Assembly (NCBI GenBank): GCA_001577055.1
Contig: LSCG01000003.1
Location: 1-44,717 of the forward strand
DNA: 44,717 nucleotides
From: Fidelibacterota bacterium TCS56
Lineage (GTDB): Bacteria; Fidelibacterota; Marinisomatia; Marinisomatales; TCS56
Direction of reading: 5' to 3'
Every line of letters starts with the position of its first letter. Position 1 is the stretch's first letter. The position numbers and the translations under genes are program-made. The notes under the pieces were generated by a model. It searched no databases. It had not been told where the DNA came from and worked only from the letters and a program-made list of their open reading frames with translations. Positions 35,696 through 44,717 of this stretch are shown here, piece by piece.

Positions 35696-36805
35696 TTAAA
35701 ACGAAACTTTCAATGTCAGCCAGTTAACACCTTCAAAGAATTCGGCAGACCGGTAAGCATAATCAATAGATAGTCCCAAACCGGTCAATTTGGTCAAGTC
35801 CAGGCCAAAGCCGAGGCTCGGTCCCCAGATATATTCTTCAGATCTTCCGAACTCCCATTGATCATCGTCGGCATCATCATCTGTGTCTTCAACATTGTCA
35901 ATGCCATAGGGCTCGGGATCAAAGGCGGCCACATACCCACCGCGAAGATAAAACATATCCATCAACTTTGCTTCGGCACCGAAGCGATATTCGTCAAAGG
36001 AATAGTCATTATTCAGGAACGATGTGGCAAGCTTAATTTGAGCGACGCCCAGATCAATCGGGCCGTAGGTTGTCCCCAACTCAAAGGTTGTGGGCATATC
36101 GACATCCTGCAAAACAATCCTGCGTGGTTCGGCGGGAGCGCCTGGTTCGGTTGATGAAGGTGCGTGAAACTCTTCCAGGTCAGACCCATTGAACAACATT
36201 GTTAAGCCCAGGTTTCTAACCGATGCACCTATCATAAGCCCGGTTTCGCGGATACTGTACTGTACCCCGGCATCAATTACGAACCCGGTGGCAGAAACGG
36301 TCATGACTGATTCATTAATCATTTTAACGGCCGTACCAAAATTGATGCGATCGGTCATCGTTCTGGAGAACAAAAACCCGATTGTTACATAATTGGGGGA
36401 ATATGTACCTCCCGTGCCATCAGGGGCAAGAGCAGTGGTAATGTCAATTTTCCCAAAGTCCACAGATCTTAAGGACATACCGATTGTGTTTCGACCGAAT
36501 TTGGATGCAACAGCAGCGTAGTTTACTCCAATGTCACCCAGCCAGGTAGCATGTGAGAACATGGCCTCACCGCTAGTATTCATTCGGCACAATCCACCCA
36601 TATTCCATTCAATCGATTCAATTCCGGAGATGCTGGCCACATTGGCACCGGCCAGGGCAATACCGCCTGAACCCACAGGAATCAAAAGCTCCTGTGCGCC
36701 GGCCGTACCGCGGCGACGCTTACTACCCCCCTGGGCAATACCCGTAATAAAAACAGCCAGCAGGGAAACTACTATAATAGTCTTGTATTTTGTTATTTTA
36801 ATCAT
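35696..36805 (-). CDS. PorV/PorQ-family outer-membrane beta-barrel protein
   Basis: 369 aa. It has a signal peptide, then GTAGAQELLIPVGSGGIALAGANVASISGIESIEWNMGGL. It is beta-rich and ends ..LTLKVSF. Confidence 0.7.
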   Translation of the reverse strand: MIKITKYKTIIVVSLLAVFITGIAQGGSKRRRGTAGAQELLIPVGSGGIALAGANVASISGIESIEWNMGGLCRMNTSGEAMFSHATWLGDIGVNYAAVASKFGRNTIGMSLRSVDFGKIDITTALAPDGTGGTYSPNYVTIGFLFSRTMTDRINFGTAVKMINESVMTVSATGFVIDAGVQYSIRETGLMIGASVRNLGLTMLFNGSDLEEFHAPSSTEPGAPAEPRRIVLQDVDMPTTFELGTTYGPIDLGVAQIKLATSFLNNDYSFDEYRFGAEAKLMDMFYLRGGYVAAFDPEPYGIDNVEDTDDDADDDQWEFGRSEEYIWGPSLGFGLDLTKLTGLGLSIDYAYRSAEFFEGVNWLTLKVSF

Positions 36806-36819
36806 TTCCCAATCCTCCT

Positions 36820-39800
36820 TTAATAGACATCCAACCGTTCTTCGGGCTGGAAGATGGCTAGTTTTAGAACTTTCTGACCTAATTGTTTTCCATTGCTGTC
36901 TTCAACAGTAACATGGGCAATATACATTCCACTGGCAACCGGAATACCGAAACGATTCCGCATATCCCAGGCTGCACGGCGATTGGCGTCATTTTCTGAT
37001 TCTATAGTTTTCTCAACCTTGGCAACAATATCACCAGCCAGCGTGAAAATCCTGATTGTGGATGTACCAACCCCCAGATTTGTAAAGTAAACAAACCTCT
37101 CCAGAGGTGTAACTTCCTCAGGATTCTGGCCAAAGTACGGATTGGGATAAACATTTATCCGGTCGATTTGATCTTTAATGGTCTTTTTGTCGCTAACCGC
37201 TGCCAGTGTATGGGCGGTAAAGCGATATACATCCTCGCCGGGTATCAACTGGTTGCTGAAATGCACCTGGAATATATCTCCTGACTCGAAGATTGATTCT
37301 TCCTTATTAACCTGTAACATCCAGCCCATTTTCTGTCCATCAGCAGAATCCGGTCTGAGTGGGCTGGCCAGAATACCAGCTTCATCATAGGGTTCGTAGA
37401 CGGGCATGAATGCCACGTTTTTCGTTACCAGCCAGCCACCGGTTGTGGAATCTCTCTCAAAGAAGGGCCGGGTTGCGGCAACCTGATACACGGCAATATT
37501 CACTCTCTGGGTATCTTCTGGCTCCACCGTCCACATTTCGAATGGTACCCAGACAGTATCGGTTGGTTGTCCCACCAAGGCATAGTTATCGACAAAGGTG
37601 GCAATAGATCCGTTATCGGTAAACCTGAATTGAATATCTTTTTTCATATCCGGGGGATCCGGGCTGCCACTGGCTTGAGCCAGTGGTAGTGTACTCAGGT
37701 AGGCATTCCAGCTTCCATCTCCAATATCACTTGATGGTGGCAACGCAGCAGACATTACACTCTGGAAGATCATTGGAGTAAGCGGGTCATTATCAGCGAT
37801 AATGGAATAGCCACTATGGTTTTCCGGCTGGAAATAGGTGGCTTTTTCTGTTGTTAACAGGAAACCATCTGTTATGGTAATCCAGGCATGGTCAGCGGTT
37901 GGTTCCCCGATATAATCAGGTACAACTGCACCGCCATTCGTTTTTTCGGTATAGTATTCAGCGGTTACAGGGAAGTTTTTCTGATAGGCCAGGGTATCGC
38001 CTTCGTTCAAATCCACCAGCGTCCAGTAATTAGTGGAATCGTTGATGAAATCAAACGTCAATTCATAAGTATGGCCGGTTAATTGATATGGATCAATAAC
38101 CGTCGGGAAGAAATCAACCCCGGTGGCGAAACCATCAGTATGCTCAACGACAATTGTATCGCCAAACTCGAAGCTATATTCAGTTCCCACGCTCAATCCG
38201 CCCGGCACAACGTCGACTGCCTTGAATGGACTCTCCAGAAATGCAAACGTCGACATGGGATCCGGATCGTATAAATAAGAGGTTACCGCATAATAATACT
38301 GACGATTATTCACCAATTCGCGACTGTTTACATAGTCGTAATCGATTTCGATATGATGTCTAATTCCAGTATCGCGGCCTTCCTGAACCGGCATAACAAT
38401 TACACCACCGGTGATCTCATCCTGAACACCGCTGGAAAGAATCTGATATCCATCAATTACGTCATAGGTCTGAATCTTGGTCCAAGGACCGTTTACTGAT
38501 TCACCCTGATAGATATTATATCCTTCGAAGATATATCCGGCACAAGTATAATTCTCTACCCGATCACTGTTTTCTTCCCAAGACAGAATCAGTTTTTTAT
38601 CTTCCATGGCTACATCAACTTCCGGTGAGACCGGCGAACAAACTTTGAAGTTGGCATCGAAAGCCTGCTGTGCATGCAGGTCGAAAAACTTCAGCTTGTT
38701 GACTGATTTATCCCAGGCAGTACTGGCTGCTAAGATTACTGAGCCAACTACTTCCTGAGTGTCGCCGACTGCCATTGTAAACGGACCGGAAGACATCAGA
38801 TACCGGCGATCGCCAGGAGTATGATCCACCCAACCGGTGTTGGTAGATGGGTTACCGGGATGAATAAAATTGGAGGCGCGTCCGGTTGTCGGATCGACAA
38901 ACTGCTCATTGGTCAACCCAACACGACCATTCATGTAACGATAGGCTGCTTCAGCTGTATTCGGATCAACCAGGCGGGGATCAGCATTAATGTATTTTAC
39001 GAAGGAAGTGAGAGGTAGCTGGGTCTGGTCCGGGACTCGTCTTAAGTAATAGCCATTTTCCACACTCCAGGTCAGAATCTGGGCGGTATCGCCGGGAGCT
39101 TCAACCAGTGGTCCCTGGAAGAAGTCAGTCCCCACGGCAGGAACTTCAACTCCGTAAGTCTGATCTCCACCCGGAGCATTATAAGTATAGCCCAGACTAA
39201 GATCTGTATCGCAACCGACGAGATCATCTCCGGCGTCACCGACATCATCATCATGCCAGAATGATACAAAAACACTATCCAGGTCATCGGTTCCCTTATT
39301 TACTATTACCCAGCGCACAAACAGGATGTCACCAAGGGGACCAGCCTGGTCAAACCCAAACAACGATGTTTGCACTTCAACATTCATGGGTGGGGTACCA
39401 AACAGGGGGGTGTGTTTTGCCGCATTGGCGTCATTCATTACATACCAATGAAACAAATCACCCAGGATATCCGGATAGTCTCCATCCAGTATGTTATAAA
39501 CACCATCCCCATTTGCGTCTACAAAGGGGGCTCCTTCATCGGCCGGCCAATTTTCAAAATCACTTGTGGGCAAGGATTTTGCCACCAGCTCAGTTTCAAT
39601 ATTGGTACCATCAATCACGCTAATTGGCAGGTCCAAAACCATGCTCGAGAAAACAGCATAATCATTTTCGACAAAGGCCTGGATTTCTTTTTTGTGTATC
39701 TCAAAGATATGTCCGGAATCGTCATTATTACTGCCAATCGCACCGGGGGTAAACTCTTGAGTGTATTCCGCGCAGGCTGTTCGCATATCCTGCTCCCAGT

Positions 39801-40104
39801 CACCACCCGGAGTCCGGGACTTACCGCTTGCCAGCCAGATTCCAGACGCGAAAACGGCGAAGCGCCCACTACCTTTGGGCCACTCCAAACCGGACTCGCT
39901 CGTTACGTTATAACTAACAACATCGCCGTCGTTTCCATGGACAGTACTAATATTGTTACCATCCCAGATCACATGATCAACTGGTGCTGCAGCAATATCC
40001 AGGATTTTACTAAGTCTCTGATTGTGCAACTGTTCGTTTGGTCTAGCAATCAACATGCTCCCGGCAACCATAAAGCTTAGTATTAAGATTTTTTGCCTAA
40101 ACAT
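36820..40104 (-). CDS. Large secreted hypothetical protein with a FlgD-Ig/T9SS-like C-terminal domain
   Basis: 1094 aa with a signal peptide and no lipobox. It carries a DANGDGVYNILDGDYPD Ca-loop-like motif. The C-terminus is VYPNPYFG..IRIFTLAGDIV..SGMYIAHVTV.. An AAGGAG SD lies 29 nt after the TBDR gene. Confidence 0.7.
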   Translation of the reverse strand: MFRQKILILSFMVAGSMLIARPNEQLHNQRLSKILDIAAAPVDHVIWDGNNISTVHGNDGDVVSYNVTSESGLEWPKGSGRFAVFASGIWLASGKSRTPGGDWEQDMRTACAEYTQEFTPGAIGSNNDDSGHIFEIHKKEIQAFVENDYAVFSSMVLDLPISVIDGTNIETELVAKSLPTSDFENWPADEGAPFVDANGDGVYNILDGDYPDILGDLFHWYVMNDANAAKHTPLFGTPPMNVEVQTSLFGFDQAGPLGDILFVRWVIVNKGTDDLDSVFVSFWHDDDVGDAGDDLVGCDTDLSLGYTYNAPGGDQTYGVEVPAVGTDFFQGPLVEAPGDTAQILTWSVENGYYLRRVPDQTQLPLTSFVKYINADPRLVDPNTAEAAYRYMNGRVGLTNEQFVDPTTGRASNFIHPGNPSTNTGWVDHTPGDRRYLMSSGPFTMAVGDTQEVVGSVILAASTAWDKSVNKLKFFDLHAQQAFDANFKVCSPVSPEVDVAMEDKKLILSWEENSDRVENYTCAGYIFEGYNIYQGESVNGPWTKIQTYDVIDGYQILSSGVQDEITGGVIVMPVQEGRDTGIRHHIEIDYDYVNSRELVNNRQYYYAVTSYLYDPDPMSTFAFLESPFKAVDVVPGGLSVGTEYSFEFGDTIVVEHTDGFATGVDFFPTVIDPYQLTGHTYELTFDFINDSTNYWTLVDLNEGDTLAYQKNFPVTAEYYTEKTNGGAVVPDYIGEPTADHAWITITDGFLLTTEKATYFQPENHSGYSIIADNDPLTPMIFQSVMSAALPPSSDIGDGSWNAYLSTLPLAQASGSPDPPDMKKDIQFRFTDNGSIATFVDNYALVGQPTDTVWVPFEMWTVEPEDTQRVNIAVYQVAATRPFFERDSTTGGWLVTKNVAFMPVYEPYDEAGILASPLRPDSADGQKMGWMLQVNKEESIFESGDIFQVHFSNQLIPGEDVYRFTAHTLAAVSDKKTIKDQIDRINVYPNPYFGQNPEEVTPLERFVYFTNLGVGTSTIRIFTLAGDIVAKVEKTIESENDANRRAAWDMRNRFGIPVASGMYIAHVTVEDSNGKQLGQKVLKLAIFQPEERLDVY

Positions 40105-40133
40105 CTAATTCTCCTTAATCTTCTGATCTTGAT

Positions 40134-43100
40134 TTATAAATCTACCCGAATACCCAGACGAACCTGTCTCGGCGCTCCAAAGTTCAGCTCCTGGCTGGTG
40201 CGGGCATTATACAGATCTGCTCCCGATCCGGGACCACCAACAGCAAAACTGTTCAGCCAGTTCTGCCCTTCGTTGGTTGGCAACCATCCATCCTGATCCG
40301 GAAGACCGGTGCCAGTCCAAACATTGGATACATTTTCATAATCCAGTGCATTCATAATCACCAAGAAAACACCCATGTCAACTCCACCAATCTGGAAGGT
40401 TTTATCAAACCTTAAATCGACATTGATGGTGGCTGGCATCACACCAGTATTCATACCAGCAATTGGGCGGTCTGAAATACCACCGGCGAAGACAGTCGTA
40501 CGTGGCCGGGCCGGTGTATAGCGCATCCCACTGCCATACTGCAGGGCCATATTGGCCCCCAGAAGTGGTATTACTGAGTTTGCCGGTGTACGGTAGTCTA
40601 AAATCAGACTGGCGGTATGCCGCTGGTCATAGTCCAGTGGTGAAATGAAGGTCGGGTTGTTTCCACCCTGCCATGCAATGCGAAACAGGCCAGCTGAGTT
40701 GGATCCGGTACCACCAGCATACTGCAGAGTATAATTTGTGGAGATTTGGACATTCTTTATACGCCTGGTGTTAAGAGATAGACTCAGGCCGCGAACAGTT
40801 CCATAATCACCATTAACAAAGAGGGCATATACGCCCGTTTTATTGGCAATATTCCGCAACTGAACCATACCGGACATTTGCTTGTAAAACACAGTTGCAT
40901 CAATGCTGATGTTATTGGTTATCAGCTGCTTGAACCCGATTTCATACGCCGTAGTTTTAACCGGCTGCAGATCCGGATTGGCTGAAGTCGTATAGTTACC
41001 CTGCTCCAGGTTTGATACAAATCTGGTGTAACTCAGGAACAAGCGGTTCAATTCGGGTAACTGGAAATATTTCCCATATTGAGCATGGAATACCGTTCTG
41101 TCGGTAACCGGGAAGGCCAACCCAATCCGCGGGCTGATCATCGAGCGGGTGGGAGCATCAATGCGATGCGGCAGACCGGTAGAATCATCGGAAGTGGGAA
41201 GGGCATAGCGGTACTCCTGAGGATTCAGAACACCATCTTCATTCGCATCGCTTGCATAAACGATATCGGCTAAAGCGCCAACATCATTAATCACAATATT
41301 CTCCTTTCCACCGGTAGCCGGATTCCAGATCTTATTGGCCGCATCGATATAATCATATCGGGCGCCAACATTCAGGATAAGGTCTTCGATTTCGTATTTA
41401 TCCTGAAGATAAAACGCCCCAATAACTGGAGTTCTGGCTTTATCTAAACCGCTGTCAGCTTTCTTTTCACCGGTAACATCGTAGCCAATATTCTCCGCAT
41501 AAGCTGATTTGTATGCCTGGTAGATATAATCACCAATATAATCGTTGTAATCAACTACACCGTCATTATTATAATCAGCATTCTGCAGATCGGCACCCCA
41601 GGTATCACTAACATCCTGGTTGTAATCCAGTATTCCATCGGCCGACAGATCAGTGAAAACCTCACCAGAGTCCGGATCGAAAACACCATTACCATTAATA
41701 TCATTAAACTCATCGGACTGCATATTGCCGTCTGAACCAAGAATAAGGGCGCCCAGTTCATCGCTCCAGCGATACCGATCTTGGGTGGGTGCGTAAGGAG
41801 CGTTGTTAGCAAAATAGCGCGTCAGAGAACGGGCTCTTCCCATTTGATAATAGCGCAAGGTGGTTTTTTCATACGATCCACCCATTTTTATCTCATGGTA
41901 CCCAAGCTGCCAGGTCAAAGATCCATCAAATGTGTTCCGCTGGGTTTCACGCTTACGGTAACTATCCGTTAAGAAACCGGGCAGGGTGAAGTTGGCTAAT
42001 TCTGTCATTGGTGTGGGACGGATACCAACGTCGGAAAACAGTGGGTTAATCCAGGAGGTATCATAATCAAGGCTTACGAATGTGAGATTTGTATCCGTTT
42101 GCCAGTAGTCATGTGTGCTAAGTCCATCATTAAGTGAATCAACCAGGGAAGAGTCAACGTAAGTCCAAGCCGGATTATGGAAGTCATCCCGTTTTCCATA
42201 CTGAATATATGGAATTTGTGAGTCGGACACTGTACCATCTTCATAAATATAGCGGCCGCTACCCTTTTCCATCACCGGGTCATAACGTTCGTAAAAATCA
42301 CCATAGTGACTGGCCTGAACCCGGAAAAAGACCTTTTCCATTCCTGGTACAGTACCAGACAGGCGGGCATACATTGTGTTGACTTTGTCGGTTGCAACGT
42401 TAAAACGGTTTAGCAGTTCTCCGGTGGAGCCGATTTTATCCTTGGTACTGGCATCATTATACTTCGCAAAAATTGAGCGGGCAACCAAATACTCTGAATT
42501 AGAATTATCGTAGTGCGATCCACCAAACTTCATTTTCCATGGCAAGCCGGTTACGGGATGTAAATCAACCAGCAAATTTCCAGTCAAGCTAAGACGCTTC
42601 ATCCAGTTATTGGGCTTGGGCCCCCGTACATATTCCATTTGGTCTGTGTCAATTGCCAGCCAGTCAGGAGCATTATAAGCGTCGTCATCGTTAGCATCAG
42701 TGTAGGGCTCGTCTTCATCCCAAACAGTATTACCATTAAGGTCTTCAAATTCCTCACCATTGTCTGGTAATCCATTGGCAGAATTGACCGGGCCGTTATA
42801 GCGGCCAACTAATCCAGTGAAAGGACTTCCATCGGCCATCTCGGTTAATTCGACAGCCGTAAAGAAACGCAAGAACTTTAACGCTGGAATTGGTCCGCCA
42901 AAAGAACCGGAGAATAAATTATAACCATACGAGAATGCAAAGGGCATTTCATCCTCGATGGTCGGATCTGAAGAAAGAAATCCATCGGTTATGGCTTCCA
43001 GAGATAATTGATATTCCTCTCCACCGGTTTTGGAGGCCGTATTAATAATACCAGCATTGGCAGATCCGTATTCGGCACCAAATCCACCAGCCTGGAAAGA

Positions 43101-43763
43101 GACCTCCTCCAGCCCAAGATTGGGGATATCGCCACTGTACCCACGCCGGTTTGAAAACCTGTTCCCAGCAGACGGGTTGGCGATCTGGTAATTGGAGTTG
43201 ACATACACACCGTCGACGTAGTATCCGACCTCTTCAGATCTACCACCACGAACATGCAAATTGACATTATCGTCAACTACACCGGTTTGTAATGCAGCAA
43301 TGTTACGCGATCCGCGCACAGCCATATTTTTAATATCTTCGGCGCGCGTTACCCGAACTTCATTGGTCGCATTGATTTCGATCAATGGTTTTTTCGCAAA
43401 AACGGTAACTGATTCACCCATTACAGCTTCTGGTGACATACCTATGGTATATCCTTCCGAAGATGTATATAAATTAGTAGTTAAGTCTCGTGTCACGCGT
43501 ACGTTCTCAATGATTACGTCAGCATAACCGATAAAAGTAGTTTTTACCCTGTATATCCCGGGCGGGACAAACATAATGATAAATTCACCGTTATCATCCG
43601 TAGCTGCCCCAAACGAGGTACCCAGCAATACAATGTTAACGCCGGGCATTGGGTTATTGGTTTCGCTATCAACAACCTTCCCAACAATCTTTCCTGTCTC
43701 AGTAGCGAAAACTGCTGACAATAGCAGTATACACAATATAATACAGGTAGTAAAATTCTTCAT
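40134..43763 (-). CDS. TonB-dependent receptor with an N-terminal carboxypeptidase-regulatory-like domain (SusC-like architecture) and Ca-loop insertions
   Basis: 1209 aa. After the signal peptide, GKIVGKVVDSETNNPMPGVNIVLLGTSFGAATDDNGEF.. is the CarboxypepD_reg domain. ESVTVFA is a TonB-box-like element, and the plug region reads ..AALQTGVVDDNVNLHVRGGRSEEVGYYVDGV... A long beta-barrel ends ..RLGIRVDL. Confidence 0.85.
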   Translation of the reverse strand: MKNFTTCIILCILLLSAVFATETGKIVGKVVDSETNNPMPGVNIVLLGTSFGAATDDNGEFIIMFVPPGIYRVKTTFIGYADVIIENVRVTRDLTTNLYTSSEGYTIGMSPEAVMGESVTVFAKKPLIEINATNEVRVTRAEDIKNMAVRGSRNIAALQTGVVDDNVNLHVRGGRSEEVGYYVDGVYVNSNYQIANPSAGNRFSNRRGYSGDIPNLGLEEVSFQAGGFGAEYGSANAGIINTASKTGGEEYQLSLEAITDGFLSSDPTIEDEMPFAFSYGYNLFSGSFGGPIPALKFLRFFTAVELTEMADGSPFTGLVGRYNGPVNSANGLPDNGEEFEDLNGNTVWDEDEPYTDANDDDAYNAPDWLAIDTDQMEYVRGPKPNNWMKRLSLTGNLLVDLHPVTGLPWKMKFGGSHYDNSNSEYLVARSIFAKYNDASTKDKIGSTGELLNRFNVATDKVNTMYARLSGTVPGMEKVFFRVQASHYGDFYERYDPVMEKGSGRYIYEDGTVSDSQIPYIQYGKRDDFHNPAWTYVDSSLVDSLNDGLSTHDYWQTDTNLTFVSLDYDTSWINPLFSDVGIRPTPMTELANFTLPGFLTDSYRKRETQRNTFDGSLTWQLGYHEIKMGGSYEKTTLRYYQMGRARSLTRYFANNAPYAPTQDRYRWSDELGALILGSDGNMQSDEFNDINGNGVFDPDSGEVFTDLSADGILDYNQDVSDTWGADLQNADYNNDGVVDYNDYIGDYIYQAYKSAYAENIGYDVTGEKKADSGLDKARTPVIGAFYLQDKYEIEDLILNVGARYDYIDAANKIWNPATGGKENIVINDVGALADIVYASDANEDGVLNPQEYRYALPTSDDSTGLPHRIDAPTRSMISPRIGLAFPVTDRTVFHAQYGKYFQLPELNRLFLSYTRFVSNLEQGNYTTSANPDLQPVKTTAYEIGFKQLITNNISIDATVFYKQMSGMVQLRNIANKTGVYALFVNGDYGTVRGLSLSLNTRRIKNVQISTNYTLQYAGGTGSNSAGLFRIAWQGGNNPTFISPLDYDQRHTASLILDYRTPANSVIPLLGANMALQYGSGMRYTPARPRTTVFAGGISDRPIAGMNTGVMPATINVDLRFDKTFQIGGVDMGVFLVIMNALDYENVSNVWTGTGLPDQDGWLPTNEGQNWLNSFAVGGPGSGADLYNARTSQELNFGAPRQVRLGIRVDL

Positions 43764-44163
43764 CTTTTACTCTCCATTAGCTGATATATTTAGGATTACA
43801 ATACCCTGGCGAGGTATTACTTCTGTAACCCTTCGGTCCTGAAAGTGTCGTTATTTTCCCCTCAGTTCCTCTCTTCTTTCACTCTTCTACCGTTTTACCA
43901 GTAGTTCAAATCCTCGACAAACCTACAGCGATGTTGCTGTCTAAGTCAATAAAATAATCTCATTACACTACAACTGCCAAGTATGCAATTCTATACGGTA
44001 ACGGAAGGTGAAATCGATTCCCTTACAAAGGACGTGCTGATAGTAGGACAGCAGCTTAGTTTATTTCATAGAGATCAGCAGTGTATTTGAGCTAATAAAC
44101 ACAAATATCCGTCTTTTCTATTTCCAGCTAAATCTGATACTTAGCTGCACCTAAAAGAAAGAT

Positions 44164-44190
44164 GGCTGGCCAAATGGGATTCGACCAGCC
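44164..44190 (-). terminator. Probable rho-independent terminator of the MMPL-family gene
   Basis: The minus-strand RNA is GGCUGG-15 nt-CCAGCC followed by AUCUUUCUUUU, starting 7 nt after the stop codon. Confidence 0.5.
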
Positions 44191-44196
44191 TTTGTA

Positions 44197-44717
44197 TTAC
44201 TTCCTTTCAATTACCCCAAGCAGTGCTGGTAATACCAGCAGTGATGCCAACAGGCAGGTACCCACACCGATAAACAGGGCGATCCCAAGACTGCCATAAC
44301 CGCGATATACGGCAAATACCAGCGATCCGAATGCCAACATGGTGGTCAACGAAGTAATGGTGATTGCCTTGCCAGTGGAACTGAACACGGTAAAGACCGA
44401 GCCTTTACCTTCATGTTTGTAGCGGTGGATCAAATGGACCCCGTCATCAATACCAATTCCGATAATCAACGGCAGGGCCATAATATTCAGGAGCGTCAAT
44501 TGAATACCGGTTAATCCCATCAGGCCAACCATCCATACCATACCAAATAATAACGGAATCATCGCCAATGCCGCTAATTTAAATGATTTGAAATCCAGCA
44601 GGAGGAAAACAAACACCACCGTCAGCGTCAGCAGGGATGCACGGCGGCCATCCGCACCCAGAATCTTAAGCAGGTAGTAAAACATGGGCGGCGTCCCTGC
44701 CAGGCTGGGAGTTATCG
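44197..44717 (-). CDS. MMPL/RND-superfamily transporter, C-terminal part (gene continues past the right edge)
   Basis: The frame stays open upstream of the track's ATG as far as the window end. The TM-rich sequence ..LPLIIGIGIDDGVHLIHRY..AITITSLTTMLAFGSL.. is typical of the last TM bundle of MMPL/HpnN-like proteins. Confidence 0.7.
   Translation of the reverse strand, partial: ITPSLAGTPPMFYYLLKILGADGRRASLLTLTVVFVFLLLDFKSFKLAALAMIPLLFGMVWMVGLMGLTGIQLTLLNIMALPLIIGIGIDDGVHLIHRYKHEGKGSVFTVFSSTGKAITITSLTTMLAFGSLVFAVYRGYGSLGIALFIGVGTCLLASLLVLPALLGVIERK

Noticed and set aside
43764-44163. Riboswitch or small gene in the 400-nt leader upstream of the TonB-dependent receptor.
   Set aside because: I recognised no cobalamin, TPP or other riboswitch core sequence. 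Only short hairpins (for example ATACC-ctggcga-GGTAT at ~43801-43817) and ORFs of fewer than 10 codons are present. There is not enough evidence for a call.

Overview
A 44.7-kb chromosomal segment with about 35 protein-coding genes and no rRNA, tRNA or CRISPR that I could recognise. The gene content suggests an uncultured bacterium of the FCB superphylum. This is an inference from three secreted proteins with T9SS-type C-terminal sorting domains, two PorV/PorQ-family barrels, a CarboxypepD_reg-type TonB-dependent receptor and a lamin-tail-domain protein. Housekeeping genes include yqeY, glnA with an Lrp regulator, priA, a TrmH-family methyltransferase, mgtE, arsC, an S9 peptidase, a lipase, an aldo/keto reductase and an ABC exporter. 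These are interleaved with envelope loci. Four regions stand out. (1) The left end (1-1377) holds a frameshifted transposase fragment that runs off the window. Next to it is a mosaic array of ~95-nt structured repeats and an inverted-repeat-bounded four-helix-bundle (23S-IVS/Avd family) gene cassette. (2) 16006-19717 encodes a pseudo-M1-peptidase fused to an Omp85-type barrel, next to a PorV/PorQ paralogue. (3) 25128-28932 encodes a processive GT2 synthase coupled to a Wzi-like outer-membrane protein and two unknowns. (4) 33279-43763 is AT-rich and is my best candidate for an undescribed system. It encodes a 1209-aa TonB-dependent receptor carrying EF-hand/dockerin-like Ca loops, two uncharacterised large sorting-domain proteins and a dedicated PorV-family barrel, with no SusD-like gene. 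Base composition is strongly mosaic. All calls come from reading the sequence and ORF translations by eye; no database search was run.
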